Of a stretch of DNA of 64,000 nucleotides, positions 36,998 through 48,333 are shown piece after piece; position 1 is the stretch's first letter, and each line of letters starts with the position of its first letter. This DNA is from Cladosporium halotolerans. Taxonomy: Eukaryota. The notes under the pieces were generated by a model that saw only the letters and a list, made by a program, of their open reading frames with translations, had not been told where the DNA came from and made no database searches. Location of the stretch: assembly GCF_011745625.1 (NCBI RefSeq), contig NW_027191477.1, positions 248,001 through 312,000 of the forward strand. Reading direction: 5' to 3'. Made by a program: the position numbers and the translations under genes.

Positions 36998-37508
36998 ATG
37001 ACACAACACGGAGGTTGACAGTATGAAGAGCATGGCAGACAGGGGTGCAGAAGTGTACGATATGAGAGCCGGGCTCACAGCCCAGGAGGAGACGGACGGG
37101 TTTCAGGGTTTCACGAACAAGGACTGAACTTCGTCTACATGTATTTGGAATTGCATTGCATGGTGCTTGGGTTGGAAGATCTCTGCGTGTGAGATGCGCT
37201 TGAGCAGGATGTACAGATATCCCGTCGCCGACTAAATCGAAAGGCTTACTTTACTCTCGATCCCTTTTTCTCACCGTCAGAAGCTCGATGAGCGATTTAT
37301 ACTGACACTTTACGTCGGAGACCAGTACACGAAATTTGGAAGTTCATCCGGCCACTCGTTCTCTAATCCAAGCATCCAGCCGAGGGCAGCCCTCTATCAA
37401 ACCAAACGGAACTGCAAGACACCCGCACAAGCCGCGTCAAACAGCAAACCAGCCTCCAGAAAAAACAACAGCCCTCCCAATCGGCATACCCCAAGTCCTC
37501 CCACTCCG

Positions 37509-38043
37509 CTAGAACATATCCTCCTCGCTCGCCATCTCCGCCTTGATGTTCTCCTCATCCTCACCAACACCCTCCTCAACATCACCCTCCTCAACATCCG
37601 CCGCCTTCTTCCCCTTTCCCTTCCTCCCCTTCTTCTTCGGCGTCTCCTCAACCTCCTCGCCACCCTCACCAGCCTGCTTCCCCTTCCCCTTCCTCTTCCT
37701 CCCACCCTTCCCCTTAACCGGCGCAGCCTCCTTCGCAGGAGAAGCAGAAGCACTCGCACTCGTAGCGCTTACCCCATTCGCCTCAGCCTCCTTCAGCTTC
37801 TTGGCCGTGTTCTGCATCATCTTGCGGTAGCTCTGGACAGACTTAGAGCCATACTCGGCGGCGGCTTTGTCCCAATCGACCTGCGCGGGCGGTCAGAGAT
37901 GGGGAGGTGGTGGGGAGAGGAGGGAGGGAGGGGGTTCTCACGTTGGCGTTTGGGTCGGTTGTGTTGAGGTAGGTGCAGATGATGCGCTCTTTCTCGGCTT
38001 CGGTGAGGAGGGCTTTGGCGATGTTGTAGGAGAAGGTGGACAT
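37509..38043 (-). CDS. Cluster gene A: 157-aa small Myb/SANT-like protein with Lys-rich then acidic tail; exons 37942-38043, 37509-37880
   Basis: MSTFSYNIAKALLTEAEKERIICTYLNTTDPNAN|VDWDKAAAEYGSKSVQSYRKMMQNTAKKL..KGKGGRKRK..TPKKKGRK..IKAEMASEEDMF; phase-0 intron 37881-37941 GTGAGA..CTGAC..CAG. Confidence 0.85.
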
Positions 38044-38529
38044 TTTGGGCGGGTGTTTGTGGGTGTGATGGGTTTTGGCTCGAGGTTTGGCTGTTGGTTG
38101 GAGGGTAAGAGTTGAGGTGGAAAGGTTTGTGGTGTATTTGTGTCGAGTGGAAAAGATTGGGAAAGGTGATGCGCAGATGGAGAGCGAGACAGAAAGTTCT
38201 CGAGAGGTAATTGTTCGTTGCTAGGGATCCGGCATGTGAAAGTGACAGGTCTGAAATCTGCGTGCGGATAGGACGTGTGGCGCGCGGCATGTGACACAGA
38301 AGTTCATTCACTGACTACCTGGGCAGCAAAATCAAAGAAGTGAGACTTGAGATATGAAGCATTCATTGTCCGTTGGTGGTGAGGTCAGCTATTTCACAGC
38401 AAGGGTATGCGAACATGCTACCCAATCGAAGAGCTGACTGTAGTGGCTGCCAGAAAAGCTGTCCTGATCAATGCGCTTTGCCCTCGATCATTCGAAATTG
38501 TGAAAGAGAATGGCAATTGGTCATCAAGA

Positions 38530-39174
38530 TCAATCAGTAGTATTCCCCTCGCCGTCGGTGCTCTGCTCGCTCTTGACGGCGAACATCTCCTCCTCAGCAG
38601 CAGCTGTAGTGTGTTAGCAAGGTCAATGAGTTCATCAAAACCTAAATAACTCACAATCAGCAGCGTCAGAATCGGTGGCCTTAGCCTTTTTGGCCTTCTT
38701 GCTGCGGCCCTTCTTCTTCGGCGGAGCAGCGACCTCCTCCTCCTCGTCGGCAGCGGCCTTCGTGCGCTTGGTGCCTTTGGTCTTCTTCGGCGGCGGCGGG
38801 ACGGTGGCATGGTTCTCCTCCTCCTCCACCTCCTCTTCGTCGTCGTCATCGGCCGTGGCCTTCGCGCCCTTCTTGCCCTTGGCCTTCTTCGGGGAGGCAG
38901 AGCCGGCCGGAGTCTTACCACCAGCACTCACGATCTTCTTGAGGGCGGCGCGGGTCATGACCTTCATGCTGTCGACGGACTTGGCGCCGAACTCTTCGGT
39001 CGCCTTCTCCCAATCGACCTAGAACTTGTTAGCGGAAAAGCGTCAAATTGAGCCATTTGCATTGCTCACCGTGCTGTCAAGCTTCTCATCGACGCGGTTG
39101 AGATAGATGCAAACGAGGCGGTCCCTGTCATTGTTGCTAAGGACGTCCTTGGCGACGCGGAAATTGAAGGCCAT
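38530..39174 (-). CDS. Cluster gene B: 180-aa small Myb/SANT-like protein, paralog of A; exons 39070-39174, 38655-39018, 38530-38603
   Basis: MAFNFRVAKDVLSNNDRDRLVCIYLNRVDEKLDST|VDWEKATEEFGAKSVDSMKVMTRAALKKI..SPKK..KKKGRSKK..VKSEQSTDGEGNTTD; first intron at the same position as in A; both introns have CTAAC branch sites. Confidence 0.85.
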
Positions 39175-39679
39175 TGGAAGCGGGCTTTGGGTGGCTGTAG
39201 TGTTTGACGGTGTATGTCTGCAAATGTGTGTTTCCACTAGTACGACTGATGGTGGTCAGTCTGAAACGAAATGACAGTAGTGGCTGGGTCTGCAGTGGTC
39301 GTGTAGAAGGGAGATTAAAGGAGAAGATAGAGAGGGAAAAGTGAAAAGGAAAAGGAAAAGTTCGAGGCGGCGACGGCATTCAGGAGACAGCTGCGGAATA
39401 GCACGTACCAATGAGCGACTTTCTGCAAGGCAGAACTGGCAAACGGGCACATGAGTGAAGCAGAGACATTCACATGTCAGTGAATTGCTCACTTCGTGGC
39501 GGAGACTTCCGTGCTTTCCACCTTGGTTTCTTGAATGATCGTGAATGAGCCCAAGATCTTGCGTCGTCCTTGAACCCAACCTCTTGACACCAACTTCATC
39601 CTCCCCAGCTGTCAACGACGGACGACATCAAGTCTTAACATCTACCATTATTCCACCAACTCCGCAACAAGTCACCAAC
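39175..39679. promoter_or_regulatory. Bidirectional promoter region between cluster genes B and C
   Basis: Divergent ATGs 39174 and 39680; TCACATG box at 39470-39476. Confidence 0.55.
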
Positions 39680-40138
39680 ATGCCACCAAAAGTCACCGTC
39701 ACCCCAGACGAGGACGTCAAGTTCCTCCTCACCATCATCAAGCTGGCCGGCGTCGGCACAGTACGTCTCCCAGCCCTGACGCCAAATCCAAGCACTAATA
39801 TCAGCCCAGCCTGACTGGCAGAAGGTCGCCGATGAACTCGACCTTCCGTCCAAGGGTGCAGCGTAAGTACACTTCCAACCGCAGCGTTTGCCAAGCAAGA
39901 CTAACATCGAGGTCGCAGTTCCAAGCGCTTCTCCCGCCTGCCTAACAAGTATGGCATTGAGAAGTCCGAAGTGAAGGCTGCGAGCACGTCTCCAGGTGCC
40001 CCGGAGACTCCGAAGAAGGCCAAGAGCAAGAAGGCGACTGGCAGCGCGAAGAAGCGCAAGATCGCTGATGCTGAGGATGAGGTTGAGGTTGAGGCCGATG
40101 ACGGTGAGGCCGCGGTCAAGGCGGAGGAGGACGATTGA
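39680..40138 (+). CDS. Cluster gene C: 117-aa fungal Myb-like DNA-binding protein; exons 39680-39760, 39810-39862, 39919-40138
   Basis: MPPKVTVTPDEDVKFLLTIIKLAGVGT|PDWQKVADELDLPSKGAA|SKRFSRLPNKYG..TPKKAKSKK..KKRK..VKAEEDD; FLL..DW.KVA.EL...SKGAA.KRF.RL matches the small fungal Myb-like pattern; introns GTACGT/GTAAGT with CTAAT/CTAAC branch. Confidence 0.88.
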
Positions 40139-42092
40139 GACACCGGTTTGGGTGATCAGCGGCCTTTGCAGGGCTCAGTACGGCTCGTTGATTTGATACA
40201 CCTCGGTCCGGAGTGGGAAGCAGCAGGTAGCGTTCATTACGTGGCTAGTCGAAAGGTGTGAGAGAGCGTCGTCACATACCGTGACTATGGCTGAGTGGCT
40301 ATGATCATGATAGAGGTGGCCTTGTCGAGCTCTTTCGCTCGTACGTCAAGCAAATTCAAAACCAAGTCCTGCTCTCAATCCAGTTCTGCTTGTTGGCTTG
40401 CATGCCGCTAGTATTGTTGAAATGGAAGGCCACGGATCGCAAACATAATTATGAATCTGTGATTTCATGTTAATCGCAATCCTCCCCGGCGCGACATAGG
40501 CGTCAAGGTCGCAAGACGCGAGCACAAATACTCCATCGTAATCTTGACAGCTGGCAGTCCAGGAACCGTTGGAAGACTTGGGAGAGGAAAGACCATGGAC
40601 GATCAAAGACCATGGACGATGGAGAGATGAAGTTGACCGTGTCTAGGCAGCCAAGCTTTCCCCGATCCGTTTGCAAGTCCCACGAACGTCAGCTCTCCCC
40701 CCCTGTATTTGTGAGAGAAAACATCCAACATCCACGCGTTTGTTACGAGACGCGTGCCTTATGAAGTGCACAAAACGGCTTCTAGAACTATCATGATCTT
40801 TTGTCTTCGTCTGAGGGCAAGTGACACAACTGAAGGCACAAAAATGACGGCAGAATCAGCACGACCACCACGGCAAACATGCTCCGCGCTATACACAATG
40901 TCAAATTGCTACGTCCACGTTTGTTTCTTTCACGCTACTTCTGCTCAAGGGTTTCGCCTTCGTTCAACCTGTCATCGAGCAAGCTAGTCCTCAAGCCTCC
41001 GCCTACCCAGTCGCCCGAAGCCCCCTCAAGGTCTTATTGCGGAAACCCGTATGGAATCATGTTCCCCCTCAAGTCACGTACCAGACCGGTTGGCATGCCT
41101 TTATCAACATTTGATCCGTGATTTCGACCTAGGCATTTCACAGTCATCAGTGTTCAAAGTTGAAAAGCGGTCAGATGGGTTGAGCCACGCGTCCAGGTAC
41201 ACATTGATCATTTCGCAGGGGCAGCTGACTAGCCGTCGCTGTGTAACATCAGAAGCACGTGGTTTTGAGGCTTCCGATCTGCTTTCTCCAGTAAACCTCA
41301 TGTACTCCTTCTCTGGAGCCCATCAGGATCGCTCGAAACGCCGTTTTTGCTGTTTGAAGAGTTATGTTTGGCTACATCAATCACACTGAAATCGCTATCG
41401 CCTAGTTCAGTCCCTCAACCAAGCTCGGGGTCGCCATTGTCGCTGGCGCCTTGACGTGCCCGGACCTAGATTACACGAAATCGAGAGCGTTTCGAAGACC
41501 AAATCATCAGCAATGCCGTCCTTTTCAAACATCTGCGTCACCTCAACCTCCCCTCACGTACAGAGGGTGGGGGCCGGGTCTACTCACACCGGTCTCTTCA
41601 CACGTCACTTACAAGCCCCGCAATCCCGTGACAAGACCGTCGTTGAGCTGCATGTGACGCTCACGTGCCTCACATGCAATATTGGCAAACACCAACGTTC
41701 CAAAAGCGGCAACACCGGCGTCGATACTAGTACTTATCCTCAAAGCATCTAGATTTTCACGTGTCGTGCGAGTGAGCTGCAAATCGCCTAAGGTCCTCTT
41801 TGCTCTTCGCGCCAACCTTTCTCGCCATTCCTCCCACTACACCAACATCTACCCCGAACACGACCACCTCAATATCCTCCAGCTTCGCTAAGCCTCACAG
41901 GCACGGCAAGCGCACCCTAGGCGTATAAACTGCCTCTATCTTTGCTCCCATCAGGTATGGCTTCACCGAGATACTCCGTTTGCACCCAACCGCCCGTGTC
42001 GCACGACAAGGGGGAAAGCCCAACCACGTCTACCATGAGGCATTGTGTTCTCTCGAGCTGACCGATCGCCAGACGCTACGCTACACAGCAAA

Positions 42093-44402
42093 ATGGCGCA
42101 AAATCCCCGCGGCAACATGCCCCCTCCCACTTCGGCCAACGATGCTCCTTTTGCTGATAATGGCACCCCTGACGACGACTACGACGACGACGCCGGGGAT
42201 CACGACTATGTCGAAGACGAGACTCAAGCGCCTACTACGAAATCCTCTCGCAAGAGCACTAAGGGCCGTCAGTTGAAGCGCTGGGATCGTAAGTGCTTTT
42301 CCATCCGCGTAGACCAAGCATAATAGCTGACAAAAGCCGCAGCGGACGAGGATCAATTACTTTTGCTGTTTACGGACTACATCTGCACGAATCTCGGTAA
42401 GCCGATCCCGTGGGACGACGTTGCCGAAGCCATGGAGCCGCGCGACCCCTCTAAGGGAAAGCTCCCGATGACCGGCGAGGCTATCAAGCAGCACTTGGCG
42501 AAAATTCGCGACCACCGGATCGCAGAAGGACGGCGTGTGCCTCCAAAGTTGAGTCGCGGCGCCAGACGTTCGGCTGCCGCGCTCCAAGCGATCGCACATC
42601 CTCTCGCTGACGAAGCGAAGAGAATTTATGGCTCCGGCGCTGCGCAGTCACGCGCTAAGGGATCTCAAGCAAAGGCAGAGAATACTGCACAGCCCCGCAA
42701 ATCGACTCTCCTCGCAGAGACTAACGCCAGCCGGCGCAAGGCTCAGCAGCAGAAGGCAAAGGTCGAGCAGAAGAAGGTCGCCACCGAGCAGAAGGCCGCA
42801 GGCACTGGTATTGGGACCAAACGTGGCGCCACCAAGAGGACCCGCAAGCAGCAGTCTGCCGCTGAGTCAACTGGTGAGATTGAAGGTGGCAATAGTCCGA
42901 CAGGAACATGGCAACTCCGCCCAACCGAGCCGAAAAACTATGCGGAAACTCCTACTGATGGTCTTGAGCAAACCGGCATTAATAATGAGGACCCTTCAGA
43001 TGATGAACCCCTGGTGAAGAAGGCGAAGAGGGCTCACGGTTCCACAGTCAAGCCTAAGAGCGGGCTTCTGAACGATACGGTACATCGGTGGAACAACCGC
43101 GATCCGTTCTCCAGTTCTCGAAAGGATTACTCCCAACTCGGCAGTCACAGTCACTTGAAAGTCAGCAAAGGCCTGCCGTCGGCATTCATTGACACCAGTC
43201 TGGGCATCTCCCTCGGCAACAGTCTGGATACCTCTATCGGGCATGCGCAGGCCCCCTACCCCATTAAGCCGCCGAGCGCGGGCTATTCGGTCCAGCAGGG
43301 CTCTGAGTCGTACCAGTACCCTCGTCCACTGCCTATCGCTTTGACTCCAGGCTCCGAGCCGTCTAACTACTTTGGATCGCAGCCGTCGAGCATATCGTAC
43401 AACCCGATCATGCAGAATCTCGGTGGCGCTAATTCAAGCTTCATGAAATCTCCTACCTACGGAACAAGCCCCCAATCATACTCCGACCCCAGCTACAGCA
43501 GCAGCAGTAGCTTCGCGTTGTCGCAGACCAGCCTTCGCAACAACTCGACTTCGACTAGCTTTTCTAGCAGTCACGATGGTGGGGCAATGATGGGTTTCAA
43601 TGCCATACCTTGTAATTCGATTGGGAATCATATCGGCTCAGACCTGGGCTCTAACGTTGTTCCGCAAGCCAACAGCGGCCAAGGCGGTCGCTCTATTAAC
43701 TTGACCCCTAACATTGGGGGCTTTACCGGCGCATCCAGCAACTTGATTCCGAACACTGTTCCGCCGGTCAACAACGATCAAGGCGGTCTATCCATTAACT
43801 CGGCCCCGTACGATGGGGGCTTTGCCTGCGCATCCAGTAACTTGGGCCCAAGCGACGGGGATTTTGCCGGTCTTCCCAACTTTCTCCCCACGGCCAATGG
43901 CTATGCCATTCCATACAACCCCACTATAGTCAACGACGGTGGCTACAACGACCTACCTAGCAACGACAACTCTGCCAACCTTGGTGGTCTGCCCCTGCCG
44001 CTGTCGAACTCCGGCATCGCGCCCGTTCCGGCTTACAGCAATGGCATCCAGGATCAGGCTCAGCCTGCCACCTCGCCTGCTTTCTCGTCCGATGAGCCAG
44101 TCTTTGGCAAACTCGACACCTCCGTTTCCCAGGCCTACGACAATGGCATCGACACCGGCACCCAGGATCAGGCTCAGCCTGCCACCTTGCCTGCTTTTTC
44201 GTCCGATGAGCCAGTCTTTGGCAATTTCAACACCGCGGTGTCCCAGGCTTACACCGGCCCCGACAGCGTTCCGAGGAGCTTCAATGCCCCCGTCGACCCG
44301 CCGGAGGACGACTTTCACCAGTTCTTCAATGCTGCGCTCCTGGAGAGTGGAAACGACGTGTCTTTCACCCTTCCTGAGGAAGAGCATGTGGAAGACATCT
44401 AA
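42093..44402 (+). CDS. Cluster gene D: ~750-aa protein with N-terminal Myb/SANT-like domain and long low-complexity C-terminus; exons 42093-42288, 42343-44402
   Basis: KRWD|PDEDQLLLLFTDYICTNLGKPIPWDDVAEAM..TGEAIKQHLAKIR; intron GTAAGT..GCTGAC..CAG; TATAAA at 41924; basic segment, then S/N/G/P-rich and acidic region. Confidence 0.82.
44031..44253 (+). repeat. In-frame internal duplication (114-bp period) in gene D
   Basis: QDQAQPATSPAFSSDEPVFGKLDTSVSQAY vs QDQAQPATLPAFSSDEPVFGNFNTAVSQAY; caggatcaggctcagcctgccacc at 44049 and 44163. Confidence 0.9.
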
Positions 44403-45508
44403 CGAGCCCTCGCGCTCAATCACATCTCCATTGGCTAGTGCAATCGGAGCAACGAAGCCAGCAGCTGCGAGGTAACATGCGGAGCTCAGGACTGCCAGCG
44501 GAGATCACGAATTGTCCGAAATCACAACAAACCAACATACTTATCCAAACATCATTAGAAGAAAGACCAATTCACTGGAGATGAACGTCAGCACCAACCC
44601 CCGCATCGGCGGTACAGCAGTACGACTTGATTTCGGGGGTATCATTCGTCGAGGAGGTTGAAAGGTGACTGAGCTAGTAATCTCCCATAAGAACATGAAA
44701 TTAGACAATTGCTCATCAATCACAATTCCCTTCTCTCCAATTGTAACCAATAGTTAGCCCTTTGGTTTTCGCGATCAAGTGTATTCACTGCTTACTCTAC
44801 TGACACGGCTCTTTCTTCTCCTCTGGGAAAGAAAGAAAAGTATACTGAATTGAAAGACGAAAACAAAGGTCGGTTCACCAAAAGCGAACAGCTAGCTCCA
44901 GGTAGATGCGAGCTATGATCTTTGGGATATGAACTAGAAGGCAGTGAAGGCACGAGGTTGCTGTTTGCCCTTGTCTTCTCAACTTGCGTGACGGCCAGTC
45001 TCCCAAAAGTGCTCGAAAATCGAGTATTAAAAAGCCCGCAGCTAGTTCCGAAGCATGAGAGCCAATGACTAGCTGTTGTTGACCCCAAAAAAGAGCAGCA
45101 ACAACCTCTCGAGAATGCTACATACCCATATCATCATTTCAATGCATGTCGACTCGTCCTTGAACGCCAATCCGCAAAAAGACTGCATTCAGCTCCAATC
45201 GCAACTGAGTCAGTGAGATCTCGAACACGATCAATCATAAGCAATTTTGAAACAAGAATTGCTCGTTTCTACATCTCGCAATATCGATGCGTCTTTGCTG
45301 TGTGCATGAACGCGGTCAAGTCTGAAACGCCCGCACCTGAGGCATCCCATCCAATCGCTCGCTGCCCCACGTCCCCCACCAATTTGCGCCTGCAGTCACA
45401 TCTCGGAACTTTGGGTTTCCCTTGGCCCTAACCGTAAAACCAAACACCCAAAGAAAATCCACATATACCCAGCCAGCAGGCTTCCCACACGGACACAACA
45501 CCGCCAAA

Positions 45509-47036
45509 ATGCTGGACATCAACGACTTCATCAAGGAGCGCGGCGGCAACCCGGAGAAGATCAAGGAGTCGCAGCGCCGGCGCCATGCCAGCGAGGAGAT
45601 CGTCGACGAGATCATCGCCATGTTCGAGGACCACCGCAAGACGCAGTACACGGCCGCGACCGAGATGGGCGCCAAGATCAACAAGGTGCAGAAGGAGATG
45701 GGCCTGAACAAGAAGAACAAGGGCGACCCGGCGGAGTTCGAGAAGCTGCGCGCGGAGAAGGACGCGCTGGCGAAGGAGAAGCAGGAGCTCGAGGAGCTGG
45801 CGGCGGGCAAGTATGTGCTGCTGCTGAAGAAGGTCAAGTCGGTCGGCAACTACGTGCACGACTCGGTGGCGGTCAGCGACAACGAGGACAACAACACTCT
45901 GGAGCGCACGTGGGCGCCTGAGGGCGTGACGGTGGAGAAGAAGGACTGCCTGTCCCACCACGAGGTGCTGGCGAGATTGGACGGCTACGACCCGGAGCGC
46001 GGCGTGAAGATTGTCGGACACAGAGGATACTGCTTGACCGGCTACGGTCTCTTCCTCAACCTTGCGCTGATCAACTACGGTCTCGAATTCCTCTTCAACA
46101 AGGGCTACAAGCCCAACCAGCCGCCTTTCTTCATGCTCCGCGAAGCCATGGCCAAGACCGCGCAGCTCGAGCAGTTCGACGAGGAGCTCTACAAGGTGAC
46201 GGAGAAGGAGAACGACCCCGCGACAGACAAGTACCTGATCGCGACCTCCGAGCAGCCCATCTCCGCCATGCACGAGGCCGAGTGGCTGAACGACAAGGAC
46301 CTGCCGATCAAGTACGCTGGCTACTCTACCAACTTCCGCAAGGAGGCCGGCTCGCACGGCAAGGACGCTTGGGGCATCTTCCGCGTGCACCAGTTCGAGA
46401 AGATCGAGCAGTTCATCTTCTGCAAGCCCGAGGACTCGTGGAGCCACTTCGACCAGATGATTGACACCTCGGAGGAGTTCTACAAGTCGCTCGGCCTGCC
46501 GCACCGCATCGTCGGCATCGTCTCTGGTGCCCTCAACAACGCCGCCGCCAAGAAGTACGACCTCGAGGCCTGGTTCCCCTTCCAGGGCGAGTACAAGGAG
46601 CTCGTCTCCTGCTCCAACTGCACAGACTACCAGACCCGCGAGCTTGAGATCAGGTAAGAATCAGCCCTTCCCACAATCTAATGGCATCAACTAACAACAC
46701 CCCACCAGATACGGCCAAAAGAAGCAGACCGACGCCTCCTTCCAAAAGACCTACACGCACGCGCTCAACTCCACCCTCTGCGCGACGGAGCGCGCACTCT
46801 GCTGCGTGCTCGAGAACTACCAGACGCCCGACGGCCTCAACGTGCCCGAGGTCCTGCGCAAGTACATCCCCGGCCAGCCCGAGTTCCTGCCCTTCACCAA
46901 AGAGCTGCCCAAGGACTCGACGAGCCTGAAGGCCAAGGGCAAGGCGGAGATGAAGGGCGGCGCGGCACCCAAGGTGCCCGGCGAGGGCGAGGTGGTCGAG
47001 AGGCCGAAGGCGGTGGCGGAGGAGAAAAGGTCTTAG
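45509..47036 (+). CDS. SES1: Cytosolic seryl-tRNA synthetase; exons 45509-46653, 46709-47036
   Basis: MLDINDF, YLIATSEQPI, FRKEAGSHGKDAWGIFRVHQFEKIEQF, KKYDLEAWFP, ELVSCSNCTDYQ, HALNSTLCATER. Confidence 0.96.
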
Positions 47037-47227
47037 ATGGTCTTCTTGGTGACTAGATGAGCAACTCGAAAAGAAAAACTCTAGATGAGAATATGAGCGT
47101 TACTGCATGATCTGAAACGAGCCACGCTACTTTTCCCCAAGTTCGTCTTGAAAAACCGTTGTCCTGTGATATTGCCGCGTCTATGATCCCGCCGAAACGC
47201 CCTCGCTGGTCAACCCACCTCCACCGC

Positions 47228-48333
47228 TCACTCCGGCTTCTCAAACAAATAATGACAAACCCCCCACTCCTCCCCACCCCTCCAAGCAAACAACTCCGCG
47301 CAAGCCAGGTAAAAAACCTGCCACCTGTAAAACCACCTCGCCGCGTCCGCAACCCCATACGTCTCCTCCAAATCGCCCCACACCTCCGCCCTCGCAGCGC
47401 TGAACTTCGCAAACCAATCCTCGCACGTCTTCGCATAGTGCCGTCCGCTGACCCACCACTGCCGCTCGACCTTCAGGTGCTCCTGGAAGTACAGCAGCAG
47501 GTCCGCGGACGGCATCGTGCCGCCCGTGAAGAAGTGCTCCGTCATCCAGCCGGCGTCGAAATCGTAGGGCGTGCTGGCGTGCGCGAACAGGTGCGCGAAG
47601 AGCTTGCCGCGGGGTTTGAGCAGCGTGGAGACTTTCTGCAGCAGCGAGGCGTAGTTCTTCATGTGCTCGAAGAGCTCGATGGAGAGGACGCGGTCGTAGG
47701 CGGCCTCGTGGGGCGTGCGGGCGAAAGTCTCCGTGGCGATGTCGCCGGTGACGACGGTGAGGTTCGTGAAGCCCTGCTGCGCGGCCTGGGCGTCGATGTG
47801 GAGTTTCTGGGTCCGCGAGTTGGAAAAGGCGGTGATCTGGCTGTTGGGGAAGACCTCGGCGAGGTAGAGGGACAGGCTGCCCCAGCCGCAGCCGAGGTCG
47901 AAGATGCGCATGCCGTCCTTGAGCTGGGCGCGCTGGACGTAGAGCTCGAGCATGGCGATCTCGGCCTGCGCGAGGGTCTCGGAGCCCTTGGGGTAGAGGC
48001 AGCAGGAGTACTTCATGCGGGGCCCGAGGCAGGCGGAGAGGACGCCGGTGCCGACTTCGTAGTGCTGGGTGTTGGCGTCGGCGGTGTTGATGGCGATGGG
48101 CCGGGTGCGGAGGAGGTCGACGTAGGCCATTTTGGACTCGAGCGCGGCCTGCATGGAGGTGTTGGAGATGGTGTTGATGCGGTCTTGGAGCTGGGCGCGG
48201 ATGCCGCGGCGGAGCAGGAAGGTGGGCACATAGCCGCTGTCGACGAGGGTTTCGATTATGGAGTCTGAATGGCATTTGTTAGTGGGTGGTTTTGGTGAAG
48301 GTATTGTTAGGGAAATGGGGTACCGTAATTCAT
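47228..48333 (-). CDS. SAM-dependent methyltransferase, coclaurine N-methyltransferase / cyclopropane fatty-acyl synthase-like; exons 48324-48333, 47228-48264
   Basis: ANTQHYEV, LGPRMKYSCCLY, DLGCGWGSLSL, SNSRTQK, SIELFEHMKNY, FFTGGTMPS, WGVCHYLFEKP; 10-nt first exon ATG AAT TAC G. Confidence 0.9.

Noticed and set aside
44480..45300. AT-richer stretch with several CTAG/TA sites as a RIP-mutated transposon
   Set aside because: No terminal repeats or TE protein motifs; may simply be terminator/promoter DNA
45422..45508. In-frame TTG extension of SerRS as a dual-targeting presequence
   Set aside because: Not convincingly amphipathic/Arg-rich, and fungi normally encode a separate mitochondrial SerRS
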